Assembly: GCA_049695975.1 (NCBI GenBank)
Contig: JBAVTE010000012.1
Coordinates: forward strand, 7,665-71,664
Length of the DNA stretch: 64,000 nt
Direction: 5' to 3'
Source: Minisyncoccia bacterium
GTDB lineage: Bacteria > Patescibacteriota > Minisyncoccia > Phycocordibacterales > GWA1-40-21
Shown here: positions 47,736-55,980 of the stretch, one piece after another
Numbering within the stretch: the first letter of the stretch is position 1
Layout: the number at the start of each line of letters is the position of its first letter
The notes under the pieces: model-generated
What the model saw: only the letters and a program-made list of their open reading frames with translations
Told to the model about the DNA's origin: nothing
Database searches by the model: none
Position numbers and translations under genes: made by a program

Positions 47736-48200
47736 TTAATTTACCCCTCTTAAAACCGTTGTCGTGTTGAAAACTTTTGACAAAGACCATCCCGTAGATG
47801 ATGCGCTGAGTGTCATTTCGGTTCGAATAGCAGTGGAACTAGTCGAAGTTATTTTTGTAAAAAATAAACGAGACACATTAATTTTTGAAGAAGTGAGTGG
47901 GCTTGTTCCAGAACCATCGTTAATTTTTATCACACCAGATTCTAAATATATTGTGGAATTACCAAAATTTGCATTGGATGGACTCGTGAGAGTGACAGAA
48001 GAGCTAGATCTCGCTTCTCTCGAAATTCTACCGAGAGAAAGAATCGCGGAATTTTCTATTTCATGTTGCGCCTCTACAAATTTGTTTGATTTTATGACAG
48101 TTACAGTCACTCCAACAATAGCAATCATTACCATAGCGACTATGGCTGTATATACTATCATTTCTATAAGTCCGTATCCTGTTTTTTTTATTATTTTCAT
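47736..48200 (-). CDS. type IV pilin-like protein
   Basis: KTGYGLIEMIVYTAIVAMV (Gly at -1, Glu at +5). Confidence 0.6.
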   Translation of the reverse strand: MKIIKKTGYGLIEMIVYTAIVAMVMIAIVGVTVTVIKSNKFVEAQHEIENSAILSLGRISREARSSSSVTLTSPSNANFGNSTIYLESGVIKINDGSGTSPLTSSKINVSRLFFTKITSTSSTAIRTEMTLSASSTGWSLSKVFNTTTVLRGVN

Positions 48201-48202
48201 AA

Positions 48203-48709
48203 TTAATTTTCCAAGTTTGTAAAATATATTGTAAGAGACTTTGTTTTTGACTGACCTTTGTCAGACCAAGAAATTTCCGATACGACCCTCCTCGTATTGT
48301 CGTCATTTGTACCACCTGAAGTGACAATTTTATGATCTACATCTCTCGACACAGGATAAATGTTAATTCTCCTTGTAAAAATCCCTGTTTGAGTGGCGGA
48401 ACTTGTAGATGTAACTACACCCCAAGAAGATGAAGTCGTCGAAAAATATAAATAATATGGAGTAGAAGTAGAAAGAACAGAAAAACTTTCCCAGGATCTA
48501 TCTATAATAGTATGCGTAGCTTCAATTCCCTCTTCTGAAAGAAAGGCTGCTTGAGCAGATAGCATATTTAAATCTGCAGATTTTATATAAAGATTGTTTG
48601 CAGAAATCAAAACCATCAAAATTATGGATAGAACAAAAACTGAGACTATTGCTTCAGCAAGTGCAACTCCTTTTTTATTTATTTTTTTATTTTTTAAAAT
48701 ATTATTCAT
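48203..48709 (-). CDS. type IV pilin-like protein
   Basis: KKGVALAEAIVSVFVLSIIL (Gly at -1, Glu at +5). Confidence 0.55.
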   Translation of the reverse strand: MNNILKNKKINKKGVALAEAIVSVFVLSIILMVLISANNLYIKSADLNMLSAQAAFLSEEGIEATHTIIDRSWESFSVLSTSTPYYLYFSTTSSSWGVVTSTSSATQTGIFTRRINIYPVSRDVDHKIVTSGGTNDDNTRRVVSEISWSDKGQSKTKSLTIYFTNLEN

Positions 48710-48711
48710 TT

Positions 48712-49191
48712 TTATTTTGTTTCTAAAAGTCCTGTCGGATAAATAGTGATCGTGGAAGAACTTGTAGAATCATTTTTTAACTGAAGTTTCAATAAACCTG
48801 TATTTGCTGTGTTACCTCCAATTTTTTGAAAAATGATAGATCCCCCACTGATTGTCGATGTAGAAATGATAACTCCAAAATTATTTGGGAGAGATAAAAA
48901 AGTAGGATGAAAATTTTCTGAAGTACAGCTTGAATCAGAAACAACAAAAGATGTGAGGGAGCTACTGGCTACTGATATATTCACACCATAACTACAAAAT
49001 TCTTTTGAAGAAACGGCGAGGGAGCGAACACTATTTATGACAGCGATAGTATTGGACAATGCTTTTTCAAGAGATTGCTTTTTGTTTAATTTTAAAAAAG
49101 TAAGAGTAGAAATACTCAGAATAAGAAGTGTAATAGCAATGACAGCCATAATTTCTATAAATGAAAATCCTTTTTTTGTTGAAAATCTCAT
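48712..49191 (-). CDS. type IV pilin-like protein
   Basis: KKGFSFIEIMAVIAITLLIL canonical prepilin leader. Confidence 0.7.
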   Translation of the reverse strand: MRFSTKKGFSFIEIMAVIAITLLILSISTLTFLKLNKKQSLEKALSNTIAVINSVRSLAVSSKEFCSYGVNISVASSSLTSFVVSDSSCTSENFHPTFLSLPNNFGVIISTSTISGGSIIFQKIGGNTANTGLLKLQLKNDSTSSSTITIYPTGLLETK

Positions 49192-49193
49192 AA

Positions 49194-50411
49194 TTATACT
49201 TTATCCATCACAGAATAAATGGGAGTAATCATAGAAATCGCAAAAAATCCTACCGCAGATCCAATGATAATCATAAGGATTGGCTCAATGATGGTAGACA
49301 TATCTTTTGTTTTCTGGTCGACAGAATCTTCATAATAAACTGCTACTTCTAAAAGCATTTCCGGTAATTTTCCTGTTTCCTCACCCACATTCAACATTTC
49401 GCCAACAAAAACAGGATAAAGTTTGGTATTTTCTAAAAATGTAACGGAAATATTTTCACCTTTTTCTACCCGCATTTTTGCCTCAGATAATATATCACGA
49501 AAATAACTATTTTGAATTACATCTCGTGTAATAGTAATCGCTTCTGCAAATGGTACACCCGCAGACAAAAGAGAAGATAAAGTTCTAGTGGTTCTTGCGG
49601 AGTTTATTTCTTTTATAATCAAAGATATAACAGGAATTTTCAATACAAATGCATCTATAAATCTCTTCCCTATTTTAGAAAGAGAAAATAAATATACTCC
49701 CACAACGATAGCCAAAAATACAGAAAATAATAATACAAAATGATACTTAAATAAATTGCTCATCGAAATAAGAATTTTTGTCGCGGTCGGTAGATCAGTA
49801 TTCAAATCATTAAATGTCGCAGTAATACCTGGGACCACAAAAATCATCATGAGTGTCCCTACAATAAGCATTATTATCAAAATAACTGACGGATACATCA
49901 TCGCGCCTCGAATTTTGGATTTTAATTTGTATGAACTTTCCATCTGCGTACTGATATTTTTCAAAGATGAAGACAAGTTTCCACTTTCCTCGCCGGCTTT
50001 CGTCATTGCTATAAAAATATCTGAGAAAACATCAGGATATAGTCTAAATGACTCACTAAGACTTTGTCCTTTTTTAATATTTGAATTGATGGAAGAAATA
50101 ATATTTTTAAATTTATTATTGTCTATTTGCTTTTCAAGAACTGAGAGCGATTTAGAGACAGAAAGTCCCGCGCCTATCATCGCACCAAGATTTTTTGCAA
50201 AAATTATTCTCTGCAATGTCGGCACTGTACTAAATATTCCAAAAATCTTTTTAAATTTTGTTGAAAAAAATGAAGACTCCGCGCCTGTTGCAGTGATAAG
50301 AGTTTCTCCTTCTTCTTTTAAAACTCTATTCAAAGAAAATTTATCTGTGGACTCCCTAACTCCTTCATATATTACTCCATCTTTTTTTACTGCCTTATAT
50401 TTAAATTTCAT
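49194..50411 (-). CDS. pilC: type IV pilus platform protein PilC (GspF family), second copy
   Basis: 405 aa with two T2SSF repeats and three TM regions. Confidence 0.85.
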   Translation of the reverse strand: MKFKYKAVKKDGVIYEGVRESTDKFSLNRVLKEEGETLITATGAESSFFSTKFKKIFGIFSTVPTLQRIIFAKNLGAMIGAGLSVSKSLSVLEKQIDNNKFKNIISSINSNIKKGQSLSESFRLYPDVFSDIFIAMTKAGEESGNLSSSLKNISTQMESSYKLKSKIRGAMMYPSVILIIMLIVGTLMMIFVVPGITATFNDLNTDLPTATKILISMSNLFKYHFVLLFSVFLAIVVGVYLFSLSKIGKRFIDAFVLKIPVISLIIKEINSARTTRTLSSLLSAGVPFAEAITITRDVIQNSYFRDILSEAKMRVEKGENISVTFLENTKLYPVFVGEMLNVGEETGKLPEMLLEVAVYYEDSVDQKTKDMSTIIEPILMIIIGSAVGFFAISMITPIYSVMDKV

Positions 50412-50542
50412 CCCTTAAAATTAAAGTATTATGAATTATTACTTTAATCTATTTACTATATGATTGTTATTAATATTTAAAATCTTATTTTACTACAAAA
50501 ATAATCGGCTTGTTTTCTGTCTCCGACAAAATTCTTCACAAA

Positions 50543-52318
50543 CTATTCTGACACAACCCTCATCACCTCTTCTATAGTGGTAAGTCCTTGAACAGCTTTA
50601 AATATACCATCTTCTATCATCGTCATCATACCTTCTTTTTTTGCCTGCATTTCTATATCTTGAGATGTAGCATTTTTCATTACAAGCTCGCGAATTGCAC
50701 TAGACATAAGTAGTGCCTCATGAATACCAACTCTTCCCAAATATCCATCATTCTTTTTATCATCAGAAACTTTTGGGCGATAAAAAGGGATCTTCTCCCA
50801 CACTTCATCTTTTCCAACAATATTTTCTGCCTTCAAAAAAGTCAAAACTCTATCGAGGTTAACATTTTTCGACAAAGTTGCAATTTCATCTTTGGTTAAA
50901 TAATATTTTTCTTTTACTTGTGACAGTTTTCTCACCAGTCTTTGGGCCAAAATAATATTAATAGTAGAAACAAGCAAAAATGGCTCAGTCTTCATATCTA
51001 AAAGTCGTGGAATCGCACCTGCAGCACTATTGGTGTGCAAAGTAGAAAGCACCAAGTGACCGGTAAGAGCGGCATTGACGGCAAGAGAAGCTGTTTCATT
51101 GTCACGAATTTCTCCGACCATAATAACATCAGGATCTTGTCTAACAAGGGATCTGAGACCATTTGCAAATGAAAAGCCGATCTCTGGTCTGACCTGTGTT
51201 TGATTGATTCTCGACATCTGATATTCAATAGGATCTTCTATAGTAGCAATATTTACATCTGCAGTATTTAATATTTCAAGTATTGTATATAAAGTTGTCG
51301 TTTTACCAGAACCTGTAGGGCCGGTAGTAAGTATCATTCCATTTGCTTTTCTTGTAGAATCATACACTTTTTCTAAATCTGCTCCATGAAAACCCATTGC
51401 TTCCAAAGTAAATCCGGAAAGATTTTCACGTAAAAGTCGCATAACGGTTTTTTCTCCAAAATATGTGGGAATAATAGAAACCCTAAAACTAATTTTTTCA
51501 CCATTCATGTCGATTTTAAATCGACCATCTTGTGGTAATCGCTTTTCATCAAGTTTTAAATTTGAAAGAACTTTGATTCTCGCAGTGATACTTGTGGAAG
51601 AATCTTTAGGCAAAATCATTGCGTCATGCAAAATACCATCTATCCTATAACGCACTAAAAATTGATTCTCCATACATTCCATATGAATATCAGAAGCGTT
51701 TTGCAAAGCTGCATGTTTCAATAGTGTATCTACAATCCTTACCACCGGAATATCCTCAGCCATTCTTTTAAGTGAATCTTCCAAAGAATCCTTACTTGTT
51801 CTCGTTTCATCAATACTACGAAGAGATAGAATATCCTTTTGTATCAAATCACCAAACTCGGCCTTCAAACTTTTTTGATATTGGAGGAGTGCGTTTTTGA
51901 TCGAATCAACATCAGTAAGTCGTGGTAGAATTTTCAATCCAACTTTCTTTTTAATAAATTCAATAGAAGCAAAATCGTTTGTATCAAGCATTGCAACTTC
52001 CAGAGAATCTTGATTTTTCCTGAAAGCGATAATGTTGTTTTTCCTTGCTACTGGTTCAGGAATAAGAGAAAGTGTACTTAAATCAATTTTTTGGTTAAGT
52101 AAAGAAACAAACGGAATTCCATAAATATATGCTTCGGCGCGACGTAGATCATCTTCGGTAAGTTTACCACGACTTACAAGTAAATTAGCGACTTTTTCTC
52201 TACCCCCAGATTTTTTGGCTTCTTTTTCCATTCCATCATATTCAGACCTCGTCAAAAGCCCGGAATCAAGGATGAATTCTTTTAATTGCTTATCTTCATT
52301 TAACATATTATTCTCCAT
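50543..52318 (-). CDS. pilB: type IV pilus assembly ATPase PilB (GspE family), second copy
   Basis: N-terminal GspE_N domain, Walker A GPTGSGKTTTLYTIL, Asp and His boxes. Confidence 0.9.
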   Translation of the reverse strand: MENNMLNEDKQLKEFILDSGLLTRSEYDGMEKEAKKSGGREKVANLLVSRGKLTEDDLRRAEAYIYGIPFVSLLNQKIDLSTLSLIPEPVARKNNIIAFRKNQDSLEVAMLDTNDFASIEFIKKKVGLKILPRLTDVDSIKNALLQYQKSLKAEFGDLIQKDILSLRSIDETRTSKDSLEDSLKRMAEDIPVVRIVDTLLKHAALQNASDIHMECMENQFLVRYRIDGILHDAMILPKDSSTSITARIKVLSNLKLDEKRLPQDGRFKIDMNGEKISFRVSIIPTYFGEKTVMRLLRENLSGFTLEAMGFHGADLEKVYDSTRKANGMILTTGPTGSGKTTTLYTILEILNTADVNIATIEDPIEYQMSRINQTQVRPEIGFSFANGLRSLVRQDPDVIMVGEIRDNETASLAVNAALTGHLVLSTLHTNSAAGAIPRLLDMKTEPFLLVSTINIILAQRLVRKLSQVKEKYYLTKDEIATLSKNVNLDRVLTFLKAENIVGKDEVWEKIPFYRPKVSDDKKNDGYLGRVGIHEALLMSSAIRELVMKNATSQDIEMQAKKEGMMTMIEDGIFKAVQGLTTIEEVMRVVSE

Positions 52319-52355
52319 AAATTATAACATAAAAATTGAAACAAAAAACAATACA

Positions 52356-52384
52356 TTGACAAAAAATATTGATTTGCTATTATA
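52356..52384 (+). promoter_or_regulatory. candidate sigma70-type promoter of nusA (TTGACA, 17 nt, ATTATA/TATATA)
   Basis: Consensus -35 TTGACA at 52356-52361 with an AT-rich -10 about 17 nt downstream, about 65 nt upstream of the nusA ATG. Confidence 0.4.
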
Positions 52385-52449
52385 TATTTACATTGAGTTC
52401 GCTTACGGCGAGCTCGTTTTATTAAATAGAGTAATAACAAGAAAATAAC

Positions 52450-53682
52450 ATGATAGATCTAAAAGTAATAAATGCGGTCATAGGCCAAATGGAACAAGAA
52501 AGAGGTATTCCAAAAGAAAAAATGATTGAAGCTATTGAAATGGCCCTCGCTACTGCATACAAAAAGGAATACGGTAAAAGAGGACAAATAATAAAATCTA
52601 AAATTGATTTAAATTCTGGAAAAATGGATTTTTATCAAGTAAAAAATGTCGTCGATAAAGAGGACGTTATCATACGAGATGAAAAAGAAGATGAATTAAA
52701 AGAAGATTCGAATGCACAAACAGGAAACTCTTCCAAAAAATTCCACGAAAGTAAATTTGAACCAGAAATAGAAACCGATCCAAATAAGCCTGTTTACTAT
52801 AATCCTGAACACCACATTTTTCTTGAAGATGCCAAAAGAATCAAAAAAGGAGTAATTGTAGGTGAAGAACTCATCTTCCCCCTTGAAGAAAAGGCCGACT
52901 ATGGAAGAATCGCCGCTCAGACTGCAAAACAAGTAATTATTCAAAAAATAAGAGAAGCTGAAAAAGTTTCCGTCTTCAAAGAATATGGTCAAAAAGAAGG
53001 CACTATCGTCAACGGTTCAGTCCAAAGAATAGAAAGAGGAAATATTTTTGTAGATATGGGTAGAGCCACCGCGATACTTCCATTTGAAGAGCAGATTCCA
53101 GGAGAAAGGTATAAAGCTGGTGATAGAATCCGAGCATACCTTTACAGTGTGGAAGAAAGTCCAAAAGGAATCTTTTTGAGAATTTCCAGATCACATCCAA
53201 AATTCCTAGAAGAGCTTTTTAAAATTGAAGCACCAGAAATTGCTGGCGGAGTAGTGGAAATAAAAGCTATTGCAAGAGAAGCAGGATCTAGAACCAAAAT
53301 TGCCGTTGCCACAAAAGACAAACATTTGGATCCTGTTGGCTCGATGGTGGGACAACGCGGAGTCAGAGTTGCCACAGTAACAAGCGAACTCGGAGGTGAA
53401 AAAATAGATATTATAGAATGGTCAGAAGATCAAAAAAAATTTATTGCAGACGCTCTTTCACCAGCAGAAGTTTTGGGTGTAGAAATTGATGAGAAAGAAA
53501 AAAAAGCAACAATAGAAGTTTCCGTTGATCAGCAGTCACTCGCTATAGGAAAAGGTGGACAAAATGTCCGACTCGCTGCCAAACTAACTGGATGGAAAAT
53601 AGACATTATTCCTGTTGAAGGCGAATATGTTGAGGAAGAAGTCATAGAAGAAATAGAAACTCCTAAAACCGAAGGAAAGTAA
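52450..53682 (+). CDS. nusA: transcription termination/antitermination factor NusA
   Basis: N-terminal domain, S1 domain (GTIVNGSVQRIERGNIFVDMG) and KH domains (GSMVGQRGVRV..., GKGGQNVRLAAKLTGWKIDI). Confidence 0.9.
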   Translation: MIDLKVINAVIGQMEQERGIPKEKMIEAIEMALATAYKKEYGKRGQIIKSKIDLNSGKMDFYQVKNVVDKEDVIIRDEKEDELKEDSNAQTGNSSKKFHESKFEPEIETDPNKPVYYNPEHHIFLEDAKRIKKGVIVGEELIFPLEEKADYGRIAAQTAKQVIIQKIREAEKVSVFKEYGQKEGTIVNGSVQRIERGNIFVDMGRATAILPFEEQIPGERYKAGDRIRAYLYSVEESPKGIFLRISRSHPKFLEELFKIEAPEIAGGVVEIKAIAREAGSRTKIAVATKDKHLDPVGSMVGQRGVRVATVTSELGGEKIDIIEWSEDQKKFIADALSPAEVLGVEIDEKEKKATIEVSVDQQSLAIGKGGQNVRLAAKLTGWKIDIIPVEGEYVEEEVIEEIETPKTEGK

Positions 53683-53740
53683 AAGATAATGCTCTTTTTT
53701 AAAAAATAATGCTATAATATTTAATTATAATAAAACAAAT

Positions 53741-54409
53741 ATGACCAAAAAAATAATTATAATTTCAATAATATCAATTCTAATGACAGGTACTGCCTAT
53801 GCACAAAGCCCAGCTCTTTCAAAGATTAATGCGGAAAAACAAAGAATTGAAAATACTAAGCAACAAATCATACAAGTAAGACAAGAAGCTATCGACGCTA
53901 TTAATAATGCGAGAGAACTTGCGTCTTCCACACGCGCATCTGCAAATATAGTTAAAGGAAAAAGAGCCGAAATAAAAATGGCGGTACAAGAAATTAAAGA
54001 ACAAAAAATTGAAACCAGAATAAGCAAAATTCAAGAAAGCGCATTGAAAGATTTCAAAGTTACAATCAAAAATCTTGACAATTTAAATCTGAGAATTAAC
54101 TCTAGAATTAACAAGTTAGAAGCTTCAGGTACTATCGATATGACAGACTCAAAAGAATTGCTAGAAATTGCATCTACAAGCATATCTATAGTCCGAGTAG
54201 CAGTAAATGATTTTGAATTGACCGATTTTTCCGCTTTCACCACTCTTACAGAAAGTTTTGCACCAGAAACAGAAAAAATTCTTGCCGAACAAGTAAAAAA
54301 TAAAATACAGGAAATCAAATCACTTATGAAAGATGCTCATTCTGCCTTGGTAGATGCGGTCACTTCCTTGACACCTGAGCAAACGAAAAATGCAACGACA
54401 ACAGAGTAA
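53741..54409 (+). CDS. hypothetical secreted coiled-coil protein
   Basis: Signal peptide MTKKIIIISIISILMTGTAYA; helical Gln/Glu/Lys-rich remainder. Confidence 0.4.
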   Translation: MTKKIIIISIISILMTGTAYAQSPALSKINAEKQRIENTKQQIIQVRQEAIDAINNARELASSTRASANIVKGKRAEIKMAVQEIKEQKIETRISKIQESALKDFKVTIKNLDNLNLRINSRINKLEASGTIDMTDSKELLEIASTSISIVRVAVNDFELTDFSAFTTLTESFAPETEKILAEQVKNKIQEIKSLMKDAHSALVDAVTSLTPEQTKNATTTE

Positions 54410-54428
54410 ATTTTCTAAATAATTTAAT

Positions 54429-54680
54429 ATGGAAAACGAAACTCAAAAAAAACACACAGAGGAAGGAAATGGGGCGATTATTGCTGTATTTATAGTTGTG
54501 TTACTCCTTACTGTCGGTGGATTCTATTTTGTGAATCAAAGATTGGCACAACAAAAATTAATGCGCCAAACCGCTACTACAGCTGAGATCACAAATACAA
54601 ATGACGATCTTGGTAGTATAAAAAGCGACCTTGATAGCATAAATGTAAACAACATAGCTACGAGTGCAAGTAAGTTGTAA
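54429..54680 (+). CDS. hypothetical small single-pass membrane protein
   Basis: 83 aa with one TM (AIIAVFIVVLLLTVGGFYFV). Confidence 0.3.
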   Translation: MENETQKKHTEEGNGAIIAVFIVVLLLTVGGFYFVNQRLAQQKLMRQTATTAEITNTNDDLGSIKSDLDSINVNNIATSASKL

Positions 54681-54697
54681 TTTATAAAAAAGTAAAA

Positions 54698-54823
54698 GCT
54701 TTTTCTTCCCTCCAAAAATATATCTCGAAAGACACAAAAATTTCTTGCTAGAAATTTTTTATGTCCGGCGCCAGTCGCGCCTCCCAATGTCTCTCTCAAT
54801 ACATTTTCTTCGGGAAGAAAAAA
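54698..54823. repeat. family-B conserved stem-enclosed intergenic element, copy 2
   Basis: Outer stem TTTTTCTTCCC / GGGAAGAAAAA encloses the core TTGCTAGAAATTTTTTATGTCCGGCGCCAGTCGCGCCTCCCAATG. It lies between convergent genes and overlaps neither stop but fills the gap. Compensatory changes relative to copy 1. Confidence 0.5.
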
Positions 54824-54831
54824 TTCTGTTT

Positions 54832-55872
54832 TTATTTAGTATTTTCTAAAAACTTTAGAACTTGTTCATTGACCAATATCATTTCCACATATGCTTTTAT
54901 TCTTTCAGGGCTCGCATCTTTGTAATGTTCCTGCAAATGTTTTGCTTCCTTTTCTATAGCTTCTTTATCTGGACTCATTTTTTCTTCAATAGCTATTTTA
55001 TTTAATACAAGTTGTAGCTTGGCTCTTTTTTCCGCATCTGAAAACCACTCTTTCCTCAAATCTTCCCAAGATTTCTTGATATGTTTTAGATAATCCTCTG
55101 ATTTTAATCCAGACTTTTTAATATCTTCTTCGAATTGTGCCTGCATTTTATCAATTTCATTTTCGACAAGAACTTTTGGCATTTTTATTTCTGATTTTTC
55201 TATAATCGCTTCTAAAATAGACATTTTTCTCTTGTCCCCCACTCTCTGTTCCTTTTCTTTCAAAATATTTTCTTTTATTTTTTCTTTAAAGTCATCAACG
55301 CTTTTAAAATTTCCAATTTTTTTCACAAATTCTTCATTCAGTTCCGGAATTTTTGGCTCTTTATTTTTGTCATCACCTTTTACCTCTCCAGCAAACATTT
55401 TAAGAAGCTGGCTGACTGCTTCTTCCACTTCCTTTTCATTGGTTTCAATTTTTTCAATTGGTTTTGCATTTTCTTTCTCGGCAATTTTTTTGTAATCAGG
55501 AAGTTTAATTTCTGGAGCAGTAACAATAGTAATTTTTATTTCTATAGGCGATCCTACGGCAAGCTTTGTGATAGAAACATCTGGTCTACCCAAAAAATTC
55601 GGAACACTTTCAACTATCAATTCTACAAGCCCATCATCTATCGCAATGTGTACGGCCTCTTCTAGAATAGCGAGCTCTCCCACTTTATCTTTAATGATTT
55701 TTTCAGGAGCGTGTCCTTGTCTGAATCCTGGCAAAGTAATCTTTTCTGATAAATGCTTAAACGCCCTATCTTTATAGCTTGCTATATTTTCAGCCGAAAT
55801 TTCTGCAATCATTTCTACTTCACAATCAGGAAGATTCTTCTTGCTTTTTATCGTAAATATTTTTTTATTCAT
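54832..55872 (-). CDS. tig: trigger factor (short form)
   Basis: N-terminal ribosome-binding region with LPGFRQGHAP signature; 346 aa. Confidence 0.8.
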   Translation of the reverse strand: MNKKIFTIKSKKNLPDCEVEMIAEISAENIASYKDRAFKHLSEKITLPGFRQGHAPEKIIKDKVGELAILEEAVHIAIDDGLVELIVESVPNFLGRPDVSITKLAVGSPIEIKITIVTAPEIKLPDYKKIAEKENAKPIEKIETNEKEVEEAVSQLLKMFAGEVKGDDKNKEPKIPELNEEFVKKIGNFKSVDDFKEKIKENILKEKEQRVGDKRKMSILEAIIEKSEIKMPKVLVENEIDKMQAQFEEDIKKSGLKSEDYLKHIKKSWEDLRKEWFSDAEKRAKLQLVLNKIAIEEKMSPDKEAIEKEAKHLQEHYKDASPERIKAYVEMILVNEQVLKFLENTK

Positions 55873-55902
55873 ATTCTGCCAGTTTATATTAAAAATAAAA
55901 AA

Positions 55903-55978
55903 AGTAAAGAAAAATATTTGTGAAGTTCAAAAGGAATGGGTCGGCAGGACCCCGAGAAATTTTATATTTTTCTTTACT
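55903..55978. repeat. family-A conserved stem-enclosed intergenic element, copy 2 (after the polA stop, 30 nt upstream of the tig start)
   Basis: Perfect 15-bp outer stem AGTAAAGAAAAATAT / ATATTTTTCTTTACT encloses the core AGTTCAAAAGGAATGGGTCGGCAGGACCCCGAGAAATTTT; a U-run follows on the minus strand. Confidence 0.5.
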
Positions 55979-55980
55979 AT

